The position numbers were made by a program, and so were the translations under genes. The notes below the pieces were generated by a model. That model was not told the origin of the DNA, did no database searches, and worked only from the letters and a program-made list of their open reading frames with translations. 56,967 bases of DNA from Deltaproteobacteria bacterium (GTDB lineage Bacteria; Desulfobacterota; Dissulfuribacteria; Dissulfuribacterales; UBA3076), in the NCBI GenBank assembly GCA_027004715.1, contig JALTHG010000068.1, positions 1-56,967 of the forward strand. Direction: 5' to 3'. Every line of letters starts with the position of its first letter. The first letter of the stretch is position 1. This document shows, in pieces, positions 26,074 to 35,093 of the stretch.

Positions 26074-26802
26074 ATGGCTGATTCCATTATCTTGACTTTC
26101 CAGCAGGACAGGCCTATTTTAAAGATCATGCCGTTCAGCACTGCTTTAATCAGAAAACTCGAGATCGTTGAACCTCGATTAAGGGAGGTCTTATTGGCTA
26201 TCCTTGAAGAGGTAGAACGCAATCGAGAAGAGTCGGTTACAAAGAAGGAGTTCTCTGCCTTTGCCGAGAAGACTGAGAACAGTTTCCAGAGGGTCTGGAA
26301 GGCTATTGAGGAGCTGGCGCAGGCACAGAAGAGGACAGAAGAGAGGGTTGAGGAGCTGGCGCAGGCACAGAAGAAGACAGAAGAGACCCTTGTCAGATTC
26401 GAACGGCACTTTGATATGAAGCTAGGGGCCCTTGGGGCCAGATGGGGCCTGAACTCCGAGGCCTCCTTCAGAGAGGCCCTTATGCATATACTCAAAGATA
26501 CCGGCTTCACTGTAGAACATTACCTGGGATATGACCATCAGGGTAGCATCTTTGGCAGACCTGATCAGGTAGAGCTTGATCTTATCATCAAGGATGCAGA
26601 GGTAATTGTGGCCGAGATGAAGTCTTCAACTGATAAAGGGGATGTCTCTCTCTTTGAGAGAAAGGTCCGGTTTTATCAGGCCGAGACTGGTCGAAAGGTC
26701 TCTGAAAAGATGATCATTTCTCCCTTTATTGATCCTCGCGGCACATGGGAGATGGCCAGGCAATTCGGCATCAGGTTGGTCACCAGTCCTGAAGAGATAT
26801 AA
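26074..26802 (+). CDS. DUF3782-like coiled-coil protein with PD-(D/E)xK-like C-terminal half (hypothetical)
   Basis: Repeated EELAQAQK(R/K)TEE coiled-coil segment followed by VELDLIIKD...VAEMKSS, a nuclease-fold-like D...E.K arrangement. Family assignment is from memory. Confidence 0.55.
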   Translation: MADSIILTFQQDRPILKIMPFSTALIRKLEIVEPRLREVLLAILEEVERNREESVTKKEFSAFAEKTENSFQRVWKAIEELAQAQKRTEERVEELAQAQKKTEETLVRFERHFDMKLGALGARWGLNSEASFREALMHILKDTGFTVEHYLGYDHQGSIFGRPDQVELDLIIKDAEVIVAEMKSSTDKGDVSLFERKVRFYQAETGRKVSEKMIISPFIDPRGTWEMARQFGIRLVTSPEEI

Positions 26803-26896
26803 GTCTTGTTGAGGCCTCTGGTACCATGGAAAACAGCAAAGGCGGCCTCAAAAGGCCAATTTTTTATTGTCTGTTAACCCAATTTTTCACGCCTTC

Positions 26897-26956
26897 GTAA
26901 CTGTTTACATTCCCTCCAGCCACCAGTGGTCTTTTGACCTGCTCAGTGTCTGTTAC
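26897..26956. repeat. GTAAC-arm repeat family: degenerate doublet
   Basis: GTAACTGTTTACATTCCC...CCAGCCACCAGTGG...GTGTCTGTTAC. Confidence 0.6.
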
Positions 26957-27059
26957 CCCTATCTTATATGAAATAGGAAGTATTGAGGTTGATTGACAGA
27001 AAATTATATGGGCAGTACATTAATTAAATTTTTGAGGTATCTGGATAGGAGAGCAGAAG

Positions 27060-27230
27060 ATGTTTGGGTTGGGGATGCCGGAATTGCTAATTATTTTGCT
27101 TATAGTCCTCATCATGTTTGGTGCAGGCAGGCTTCCAAAGATTGGTGAGGGCCTGGGGAAATGTATTGGTAATTTCGAGAAATCCATAAAGGAGAAGGAT
27201 AAGGGCAAAAGTGATGACAGTTATGACTGA
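27060..27230 (+). CDS. tatA: Twin-arginine translocase subunit TatA (56 aa, below the ORF-track cutoff)
   Basis: My own translation gives [34 protein letters not shown]... AGGAGAG lies 6 nt upstream and the stop TGA ends at 27230. Confidence 0.85.
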   Translation: MFGLGMPELLIILLIVLIMFGAGRLPKIGEGLGKCIGNFEKSIKEKDKGKSDDSYD

Positions 27231-27336
27231 AGGCCAGGTCATTATCTGATCAGAACTAGATTGGAGTATTGCTAACAGTGTTTGGTTTGGCAGGACAGCT
27301 CCAAGCTATAGCTCCCTATAGAACCCAAACTAGTTT

Positions 27337-28701
27337 ATGAAGGCATCATCCTCGAGTCACCGGTCCAACCCAATCTGGCGTTTTTTTTCATCAATCCACC
27401 TAGCTGTATTTCTCTTAATTACTCTGGCCATAACTTCTATAATTGGCACTGTAATACCTCAAGGGGAGTCCCCTCAGTTCTATCTTGAGCACTATAGATA
27501 CAATTTTTTCCTGATTTTAAAGACCCTTCACCTAAACGATACCTATCATTCCTGGTGGTATATGACCCTGCTTGGGCTCTTCAGCATCAACCTGATAGTC
27601 TGTACCCTGAGGCGCCTGCCATTTACGCTAAAGCTCTATAAAAGAGATAGCCTCTCCCTGGCCCCCGATCGCCTTCTAAAGATGCCCTTCAAAAAGAGTT
27701 GGAAGATAGAGAGATGTCTAGATAATATCTCTATTGAGAGGATTATCTCTGGCTTTAAGGAGTCTGTCGGTAAAGTCCGTGAAGCTCCAGATGTAGATGG
27801 GGGCAGGCTGTTTTTGGCAGAGAAAGGAAAGTGGAGTTATTGGGGGATATATGCACTGCATAGCAGTGTACTGGTCATCTTTGTCGGTGCCCTGGTAGGT
27901 CTATTTTTAGGGTTCAAGGGCAGTGTGATGCTATCAGAGGGAAAGACAATAGACTCTATTGTGGATAGAGAGACAGGGGTCTCTATACCACTCGGTTTCT
28001 CTGTGCGTTGTAATCACTTTTATATCTCCTTCTATGATAATGGAGCACCAAAGGAATATCGGTCTGATCTGACAATATTGAATGGTAAAAAAGAAGTCCT
28101 CCATAAGTCTATTGTTGTCAATAATCCCCTTAGATATAGAGGCATAACCTTTTATCAGGCCAGTTATCAGGCCATTCCAGAGGCAAGTCTACGTATCGTA
28201 TCTCCTGATGGCCGCCAGACTTCCCTGGATATCCCTGCATTTCAGACAGTCTTGTGGCCAGAGGCACGACTGACTTTTGGGCTGATGCGCTATGAACCTG
28301 GAAATATCCATGGAAGGCCTGCGGTCCAGGTCTGGGTAGAGAATCAGTCTGGTCAGGCAAGGGCCTTTTGGCTCCTTGCGGGAGAGGAGAGAGAACTTAA
28401 TGAGGGGAGGAATTCTTATAGGGTCTCTCTAGTAGATGTCAATGAACATTATCTGACAGGTCTGGAGGTCAAAAAGGATCCAGGGGTCTGGATAGTATGG
28501 TTGGGTTTTGCAATCCTGGTCTTTGGCTTTGGTGTGGTATTTTGGGTCCCGCATCAAAGGATATGGCTTTGGATAGGCCATAAAGATGGCAAGAGTCTCA
28601 TCATCCTGTCCGGCCAGAGCAATAAAAACAGACTCCGCTTTGAAAAAAATATCAAAAAAGTTGAAGAGGTATTAGATTCCAGCATAGGAGTGCAGAGATG
28701 A
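27337..28701 (+). CDS. resB: Cytochrome c biogenesis protein ResB/CcsB (System II)
   Basis: N-terminal FFSSIHLAVFLL TM, a large periplasmic domain and a C-terminal TM pair. ATGA overlap with the downstream ccsA. Confidence 0.88.
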   Translation: MKASSSSHRSNPIWRFFSSIHLAVFLLITLAITSIIGTVIPQGESPQFYLEHYRYNFFLILKTLHLNDTYHSWWYMTLLGLFSINLIVCTLRRLPFTLKLYKRDSLSLAPDRLLKMPFKKSWKIERCLDNISIERIISGFKESVGKVREAPDVDGGRLFLAEKGKWSYWGIYALHSSVLVIFVGALVGLFLGFKGSVMLSEGKTIDSIVDRETGVSIPLGFSVRCNHFYISFYDNGAPKEYRSDLTILNGKKEVLHKSIVVNNPLRYRGITFYQASYQAIPEASLRIVSPDGRQTSLDIPAFQTVLWPEARLTFGLMRYEPGNIHGRPAVQVWVENQSGQARAFWLLAGEERELNEGRNSYRVSLVDVNEHYLTGLEVKKDPGVWIVWLGFAILVFGFGVVFWVPHQRIWLWIGHKDGKSLIILSGQSNKNRLRFEKNIKKVEEVLDSSIGVQR

Positions 28702-29546
28702 CCTTCTCTAGTTCATATTTTCTCAGTCTTACCACCTTTATATATCTGGGTGCTGCTATACTCTATCTGACATATTGGGTCTTCAGGCTAGGAAAGGTGG
28801 GTCTGCTGGCCACAGTGGTCACTACTGCCGGCTTTATTGTCCAGACAACAGGCATAATCCTCAGATGGATCGAGTCATACAAATTGGGCTATGGACATGC
28901 ACCACTATCTAATCTATATGAGTCTCTGGTATTTTTCTCGTGGGTAACGATCCTGGTATATCTGATTGTTGAATGGAGAGTCAGGCGGCGAGTAATCGGG
29001 GCCTTTGTTACCCCTTTTGCCTCTTTTGCTATGGCCTATGCCTCTTTTAGCCCCAGGGTAGAAGATTCAATAGAGCCACTCATACCAGCGCTTAAGAGTA
29101 ATTGGCTTATCATACATGTCGTTACCTGCTTTCTGGGATATGCCTCCTTTGCCGTTGCCTGTGGACTTGGCATCATGTTCCTAGTCAAAGATAGGTCCAA
29201 GGGGGATCCAGACGGGATCCTTGGGGCCCTGCCTACATGCAGGGTACTTGACGACTTGATGCATCAGACCATGATCTTTGGATTCCTCTGGCTGACACTG
29301 GGCATAATCACAGGCTCTGTATGGGCCAATGATGCCTGGGGTACATACTGGAGTTGGGACCCAAAAGAGACATGGTCACTAATAACATGGTTTATATATG
29401 CGGCAGCCCTACATGCCAGATTCGTGAGGGGATGGACTGGCCGAAGAATTGCCTATCTATCCATATTGGGTTTTGTCTCAGTGATCTTTACATACTTTGG
29501 AGTGAATTTCCTGCTCTCAGGGCTACACAGTTATGCCTCGCCATAG
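28698..29546 (+). CDS. ccsA: Cytochrome c biogenesis protein CcsA/ResC (System II)
   Basis: WWD heme-handling motif WGTYWSWDPKETWSLITW with conserved His residues. 282 aa. Confidence 0.9.
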   Translation: MTFSSSYFLSLTTFIYLGAAILYLTYWVFRLGKVGLLATVVTTAGFIVQTTGIILRWIESYKLGYGHAPLSNLYESLVFFSWVTILVYLIVEWRVRRRVIGAFVTPFASFAMAYASFSPRVEDSIEPLIPALKSNWLIIHVVTCFLGYASFAVACGLGIMFLVKDRSKGDPDGILGALPTCRVLDDLMHQTMIFGFLWLTLGIITGSVWANDAWGTYWSWDPKETWSLITWFIYAAALHARFVRGWTGRRIAYLSILGFVSVIFTYFGVNFLLSGLHSYASP

Positions 29547-29648
29547 AGCTCTCAATGATTAGAATGATCTGTGAAATCTGTAGAGATATCCCTCTCTTGC
29601 CCTGTAGTCAACTCTGTAGTATCTCTGATTCAAGGGGTATTGAGACAG

Positions 29649-29698
29649 GGTAACTATTTCGGGGACGTGGATGGTTGCAACAGGATGTGAACAGTCAC
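29649..29698. repeat. GTAAC-arm repeat family: truncated left arm plus two tandem right arms
   Basis: GGTAACTATTTC GGGGACGTGGATGGTTGC..CAGGATGTGAACAGTCAC. Confidence 0.65.
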
Positions 29699-29751
29699 AG
29701 TACGAGAGAAGAGAATGCTTTTGTAAATAATATTTACTAAGGAGGGACACC

Positions 29752-29976
29752 ATGTTTGGTCTAGGAACACAAGAGCTCTTGATTATCCTGATAATTGCCT
29801 TCTTTGTATTTGGAGGCAAGAGGCTTCCAGAGATAGGGGCAGGACTTGGCAAGGGACTGAGGGCATTTAAAGACAGCCTAAGGGATCTCGATAAAGATGT
29901 AGATCCTAAACAGTCCCTGGCAACAGACCATGTCTCTGGCACCTCTTCAGATATAGGAGATAAAAAGGCCCAGTAA
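29752..29976 (+). CDS. tatA: Twin-arginine translocase subunit TatA (second copy)
   Basis: MFGLGTQELLIILIIAFFVFGGKRLPEIGAGLGK. AAGGAGGG lies upstream. Confidence 0.85.
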   Translation: MFGLGTQELLIILIIAFFVFGGKRLPEIGAGLGKGLRAFKDSLRDLDKDVDPKQSLATDHVSGTSSDIGDKKAQ

Positions 29977-30008
29977 GTCATGGAAGCAAGGGTTACATAT
30001 TGAGTGAT

Positions 30009-30046
30009 CGTAACTTCACATTTCCCCTGGCCGGTAGGCCTTTTTC
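30009..30046 (+). repeat. GTAAC-arm repeat family: left arm plus GGCC module, truncated 3 nt before a start codon
   Basis: CGTAACTTCACATTTCCCCTGGCCGGTAGGCCTTTTTC. Confidence 0.7.
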
Positions 30047-30049
30047 TCT

Positions 30050-30931
30050 ATGCAGGCCATGATCCTGGCTGCAGGTCTGGGTACACGCCTGCGGCCCCTG
30101 ACTTTACATCTGCCCAAACCCTTATTCCCTGTACTAAATCTGCCTTTGCTCTCTAGGACGATATCTCAACTTGAGAGACAGGGTTTTGGGAGAATTGTGA
30201 TCAATTCTTTCCATCTCGCCCATCTTATAACAGGAGAAATAGAGTCCCATGATACCAGGGCAGATATCACAATACTGGTCGAGCCATCTCTCCTCGGTAC
30301 AGGTGGGGCCCTCAGAAATGCGCTGCCTTATTTCTCTAAAGATGAGCCCTTGCTGGTCATAAATGGAGATGTGGTAACAGACCTGGACCTGGCCAGGATA
30401 GTCGATCTGCATAAGCACCATGGAGGAATGGCAACACTCCTGATCCACAAGAGAGCACCATGGAATAATCTGGCAGTAAGACAGGGGACAGTCACAAGAT
30501 TTCACTATATGGGACCAGATGCAAGGGCCTTTACTGGTATTTCTGTACTGGATCCACGTATTATTGATCTCATTCCCAAAGGCCGTGCTGGTTCATTAAT
30601 AGAGCTGTTTGAGGCCGCCATCAGTCAGGGCCTTGAAGTCAGGGCCCTGGAGGCCAGCCTTGTAACTGATCGTTATATATGGGAGGACATCGGTACACCA
30701 GACGGATATCTCCTGGCACACAGGGCACTTCTCAGATATAATAGGCTCTTGGTGGACAGAGAGACGGAGTTGCCTGAGGACCTCTTATGGGAGGACTGGG
30801 CAGTCATAGGTAGGAGAGTACATCTGGGAAGCAGAGTGGTCCTGGCCAGGAGCGTGATTTGGGAGGGAAGTGTTGTCCCTCCTGATACAGTCCTTAGAGA
30901 CTGTATCCTTACTCCATGGGCCTGCCTATAA
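30050..30931 (+). CDS. Sugar-phosphate nucleotidyltransferase (NTP_transferase family)
   Basis: MILAAGLGTRLRPLT...PKPL signature G-loop. 293 aa. No SD; a repeat arm abuts the start codon. Confidence 0.8.
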   Translation: MQAMILAAGLGTRLRPLTLHLPKPLFPVLNLPLLSRTISQLERQGFGRIVINSFHLAHLITGEIESHDTRADITILVEPSLLGTGGALRNALPYFSKDEPLLVINGDVVTDLDLARIVDLHKHHGGMATLLIHKRAPWNNLAVRQGTVTRFHYMGPDARAFTGISVLDPRIIDLIPKGRAGSLIELFEAAISQGLEVRALEASLVTDRYIWEDIGTPDGYLLAHRALLRYNRLLVDRETELPEDLLWEDWAVIGRRVHLGSRVVLARSVIWEGSVVPPDTVLRDCILTPWACL

Positions 30932-30943
30932 GGAGTTAAATTT

Positions 30944-31942
30944 GTGTTTGTCCTTGGACTACAGGGGAGTCCACGTCTCAAGGGGAACACCAGTATCCTC
31001 CTCTCGACATTTCTCAATGAAGCCGAGAGACTCGGTGCCTATACAAGACAGATAGATGTGGCCTCTATGGACATCGTGCCCTGTCAAGAGTGTGGTATCT
31101 GTGAGAGAGATGGTTATTGTCCCATTAATGACGACATGCAACAGATTTATCCCTTACTCCGCAGTGCAGACCTCATCGTCATGGCCACTCCTATCTTCTT
31201 TTATGGAGCTACGGCCCAGATGAAGGCATTAATAGATCGTTCTCAGGCCATGTGGGTAAGGAGATACGTACATAGGCTGACCGATCCCGGTAGGAAATGG
31301 AGGAAGGGCCTCTTGTTGTCTTTGGGGGCCACAAAGGGGAAACGTCTCTTTGATGGGCTGAATCTCATGGCCAAGTACTTTTTTGATGCAGTAGGGGCAC
31401 ACTTTGAAGATAGCCTTACCTATAGACAGATCGAAAAATCAGGAGAGATAAGGCAGCACCCTAAGGCCCTTATAGAGGCAAGGGAGAAGGCAAGGGACCT
31501 CGTGATGCCATATCTCCATAAGGTGAGAGTCTTTTTTGTCTGCAGCAGAGACCCCTGTCCTTGCCAGATGGCGAGTGCCTTTACCCAATTCTATGCTGGG
31601 GACAGGGTAGAGACCGAATGTATAGCTGATGTGTCAGGAGGGATAAATCCTCTCATGTCAGAGGTCATGAGAGAAAGGGGGATCGATATGGGGTATCGTG
31701 AATCGAGGTCGATAGATGAAGCAGTCCATTACAGGCCTCCAGACCTGGTTATATCCATGGGTCACAGGAAGGACCGCCCCATTTTCCCCTGGATAGAGAG
31801 CAGGGAGTGGCCAGTGCCTGACTCTATGAATAGATCTATTGAGGCCATGTGCCAAATGAGAGATAAGATAGAAGAGAGGGTCAGGGTATTCATAAATAGC
31901 CTGGAAAGATCAAAGGGGTCTGTCATTGAAGACAGAGATTAG
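30944..31942 (+). CDS. Fusion of an iron-sulfur flavoprotein-like NADPH-dependent FMN reductase domain and an LMW-PTP/ArsC-like domain with a non-canonical P-loop
   Basis: N-terminal half has GSPRLKGNT flavodoxin-like loop plus a compact Cys cluster CQECGICERDGYC. C-terminal half has VFFVCSRDPCPCQMASAF, resembling the LMW-PTP CX5R loop but lacking Arg at +6. GTG start with AAGGAG 8 nt upstream. Confidence 0.72.
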   Translation: MFVLGLQGSPRLKGNTSILLSTFLNEAERLGAYTRQIDVASMDIVPCQECGICERDGYCPINDDMQQIYPLLRSADLIVMATPIFFYGATAQMKALIDRSQAMWVRRYVHRLTDPGRKWRKGLLLSLGATKGKRLFDGLNLMAKYFFDAVGAHFEDSLTYRQIEKSGEIRQHPKALIEAREKARDLVMPYLHKVRVFFVCSRDPCPCQMASAFTQFYAGDRVETECIADVSGGINPLMSEVMRERGIDMGYRESRSIDEAVHYRPPDLVISMGHRKDRPIFPWIESREWPVPDSMNRSIEAMCQMRDKIEERVRVFINSLERSKGSVIEDRD

Positions 31943-32901
31943 GAGACCAGGGCAATTGTCCTGGAACTACATCTGTGAATTACATCTCTGCTTACACTCC
32001 CCATAAAGAGTCCTTTTATTCCTGACATTCCGCTCTTGCCCATAAAGATCATTGTGGCATCCCGTGTTTCGGCCTCTGCGGCAATGACCTCTGCTGGATA
32101 TCCGTATTGTACCTGAACATCAATCTTTGCCTCAGTTATACCCTCTTCAACTAACATAGTCTTTGTCTCATCAAGAAAAGACTTGGTCTCTGTCTCTGGA
32201 GACCTTCCTCCTGAGAGGCTGTTACTGTAATCTGCAAGGTCTATCACGCCTATAAGGGTCACCTGTTCTATCAGGTCTCTGCTGGCATTTAAGAGAATCG
32301 ATGCCTCTTTTGCCGCATTAAAGGCCCTGTCTGATCCATCCAGTGCTATAATAGTCCTGCCTATGGGACACCCTGCCCTTGATACTCCTCCATGTCCCAC
32401 CAGATAGACCGAGGCAGGGCCACTCCTCTCAAGCACTCCTGCAGAGACACTCCCTAAAAAGATCTGCTCTAGAGTAGAAAGGGCTCTTCTGCCCATAACG
32501 ATGGTGGAAAAATCTCCCTCTTCGCAGACAGACACGATCTTTTTCACTGGATCTCCGTCTTCCACCCTATATTCTATAGGGGCACTGATACCAGACTCCT
32601 TGATCCTGTTGGATACATCTCTCAGGACCGATTTTACCTCACCTTCTAAGTACTTTTCTCTGAGGTCACGGATTAGTTTGCTGTCAAGCACAAACTCTAC
32701 CCTGAAATCTATGTTTATCATGTGGCTCTTGAGATACCTCCCTGCCATGACATGGAGAAGGGTGATATTTTTTACCCTCTTACCCAGCATAGAGGCCATA
32801 GTGCCGGCAGTTGCTGCTGTGGCCTCTATGGTAGAGTCTCTGTCAATGGGCAAGAGGAACTTTGTGAGCCGTTCTATCTGCTTATTATCGTTCATGATCA
32901 A
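31939..32901 (-). CDS. Tandem universal stress protein (two UspA domains)
   Basis: Two repeats each ending in ...IVMG(R/K)...G...GSVS..V motifs. 320 aa. Confidence 0.8.
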   Translation of the reverse strand: MIMNDNKQIERLTKFLLPIDRDSTIEATAATAGTMASMLGKRVKNITLLHVMAGRYLKSHMINIDFRVEFVLDSKLIRDLREKYLEGEVKSVLRDVSNRIKESGISAPIEYRVEDGDPVKKIVSVCEEGDFSTIVMGRRALSTLEQIFLGSVSAGVLERSGPASVYLVGHGGVSRAGCPIGRTIIALDGSDRAFNAAKEASILLNASRDLIEQVTLIGVIDLADYSNSLSGGRSPETETKSFLDETKTMLVEEGITEAKIDVQVQYGYPAEVIAAEAETRDATMIFMGKSGMSGIKGLFMGSVSRDVIHRCSSRTIALVS

Positions 32902-32908
32902 CTCCTGT

Positions 32909-34729
32909 CTAATAGAAAAGCAATAGCCATATATTTGCCATTGTCACACTCAAGACCATATAGAGAAATCCGACCTTCATGTATTCAAGAAAACGAATAG
33001 GAAATCCAGCCGACTCGGCTATACCAAGGGTAACCACATTGGCACTGGCACCAATCATGGTCCCATTTCCACCAAAACAGGCCCCAAAGGCCAGAGACCA
33101 CCAGAGGACACCAGTCTCTGCCCCTGGAATGACCTTTGTGAGGTAGGCCACAATGGGGAGCATGGTGGCAGTAAAGGGTATGTTGTCCACAAATGCGCTC
33201 GTAATTGCAGATACCCATAGGATGAGGCAGACAGAAGCGACAAGGCTGCCATGGGCAAGGTGAAAGACCCCATCGGCTATCATGTCCAAAAGCCCTACCT
33301 CCTCGACGGCGCCGACGAGGATAAACAGGAATATAAAGAATAAGAGTGTGGCCCACTCAATGTCCCTTTCTATCAACTTAGTCAGCTCTACTTTCTTCGT
33401 GAGTAGGCCATATGTAAACAAAAGGCCTGCACCAAACAGGGCTGCAATGCTGACTTCCATGTGCCAATAGCCATGTGTCAGAAACATTGCAATAACTATT
33501 GACATTATGATAAGACCTACGGTCAGGAGATTACTGTCTGTAATCTTGTATTCCTCCCTGAGCTTTGCAATAAAGCCAGAGATATCCTCCACATGGGCCT
33601 TTGAATACTCTCTGCTGTATACAAACTTGGAATAGACAGCAAGTATGACCATTGATATTATACAGACAGGGGCAAGGTTTATGACAAAGTCCACAAAGGT
33701 GAGCCCTGCATAAGACCCGATCATGATATTTGGTGGATCACCTATCAGGGTAGCCGTGCCACCGATATTCGAGGCAAGGATCTCGGGTATCAGGAGTGTG
33801 ACAGGTGATATGCCAAGAGATGTTGCGATTTCTATGGTTACCGGGGTAAGCAGAAGCATGGTGGTGACGTTATCTAGAAATGCAGATACTACTGCAGTGA
33901 AACTCATGAGGATAATAGAGAGGATAATGACATTACCCCTTGCTATTTGGTAACACTTATAGGCACACCACTGAAATATGCCTGTATGCTTGAGGATGCC
34001 CACAATGATCATCATGCCCATCAAGAGGAATATCACATTCATATCAATGGCATGTATGGCACTTTCATATGAGAGTATATGGTATTCTGGATCAATAGTG
34101 CCAAGGGTATAGCTTATGACGAGCATGGTAACTGCCCCAAGCATGGCTGCCAGGGTCCTGTGCAGGAGTTCAAATGATATCAAGACATAGGCAAGGACAA
34201 ATATAACAGTTGCAATCCAGAATGCCGGCCCAGTACGTCTCTTTATTTTTAGATCTGCCTTCAGCAGATATCCAGAGCAGGTCTTTACAATCTGGCTACT
34301 GGCAAAAGAGATATCTTTCTCCTTATAGCTCGGTTTATAGACCTTGACTGTAATAGTCGATGTACTCAGTGTCTCTTTTGGTACCTGAAAGAGGCCTTGA
34401 AAGGTCCCATCTGACTCAGTGCAAATCTGGCCTGCTCTGTGACTATAATGTCCCCTGTGAAATGGCTTAAGGGCCTTCCCATTCAAGAAGACCTCTATCT
34501 CTGCATCATCAACGCCTGAATTGTGTGGATTTACGACCTTTCCGAAGACTTCAAGCAGATCCATCTCCTGACCCTGGAGATGACTTTCTTGACCTTTCTC
34601 TGCATCAAAGGCAAAGGAAAGCTGGGAAAATACAAGCAAAATGGCCAAGGCTACAAAACTGGAGACAGAAAGTATCTCTGTCTTACCTTCCCTAAACTTA
34701 TAGCCCTCCTCTTTCATGCTGTCCTCCAA
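32909..34729 (-). CDS. ArsB/NhaD-superfamily (citrate-transporter-like) permease with N-terminal extracytoplasmic beta-sandwich-like extension
   Basis: About 430-aa polytopic core with duplicated GGTATLIGDPPN / GGNGTMIGASAN hairpin motifs. An N-terminal extension of about 170 aa includes signal/TM and GKVVNP...DAEIEVFLNG...SDGTF, a carboxypeptidase-regulatory-like segment. Confidence 0.8.
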   Translation of the reverse strand: MEDSMKEEGYKFREGKTEILSVSSFVALAILLVFSQLSFAFDAEKGQESHLQGQEMDLLEVFGKVVNPHNSGVDDAEIEVFLNGKALKPFHRGHYSHRAGQICTESDGTFQGLFQVPKETLSTSTITVKVYKPSYKEKDISFASSQIVKTCSGYLLKADLKIKRRTGPAFWIATVIFVLAYVLISFELLHRTLAAMLGAVTMLVISYTLGTIDPEYHILSYESAIHAIDMNVIFLLMGMMIIVGILKHTGIFQWCAYKCYQIARGNVIILSIILMSFTAVVSAFLDNVTTMLLLTPVTIEIATSLGISPVTLLIPEILASNIGGTATLIGDPPNIMIGSYAGLTFVDFVINLAPVCIISMVILAVYSKFVYSREYSKAHVEDISGFIAKLREEYKITDSNLLTVGLIIMSIVIAMFLTHGYWHMEVSIAALFGAGLLFTYGLLTKKVELTKLIERDIEWATLLFFIFLFILVGAVEEVGLLDMIADGVFHLAHGSLVASVCLILWVSAITSAFVDNIPFTATMLPIVAYLTKVIPGAETGVLWWSLAFGACFGGNGTMIGASANVVTLGIAESAGFPIRFLEYMKVGFLYMVLSVTMANIWLLLFY

Positions 34730-34790
34730 GTTATGTAGATTACATAGATAGGCATTGACTCCAAATTATGCAATTAAAATGCCAAACAAA

Positions 34791-34918
34791 GGGATATTAC
34801 GTCCTGGCCAGCAGTGACCTCTCTCAGGGTTTCAGGAGCAGCTTGATACACAAGATCAGACAGTTTGCCCGTTAATCCGCACTGAAACCCTTCAAAAGGC
34901 TATCATGTGAACAGTTAT
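34791..34918 (+). repeat. GTAAC-arm repeat family: long form, degenerate left arm
   Basis: ...CTGGCCAGCAGTGACCTCTCTCAGGGTTTCAGGAGCAGCTTGATACACAAGATCAGACAGTTTGCCCGTTAATCCGCACTGAAACCCTTCAAAAGGC..CATGTGAACAGTTAT. Confidence 0.85.
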
Positions 34919-34940
34919 AACCTGGCTGCATAATATGGGC

Positions 34941-34978
34941 TGTGGCCATATCCATGAAAATTGATGGACATGGCCACA
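34941..34978. promoter_or_regulatory. 15-bp-arm palindrome (operator or terminator-like hairpin)
   Basis: TGTGGCCATATCCAT gaaaattg ATGGACATGGCCACA (14/15 complementary), between the PocR gene 3' end and the permease promoter region. Confidence 0.4.
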
Positions 34979-35093
34979 TTACAAAGGCACATAATTCATC
35001 TAAGTCTTCTTGGTCTTTGTGGGAAGATATTAGTATACCAAGATGAAAGAGGCACCTGGAGAGATAAATCTGTCTTTACTGGGAGTCTTCCCT

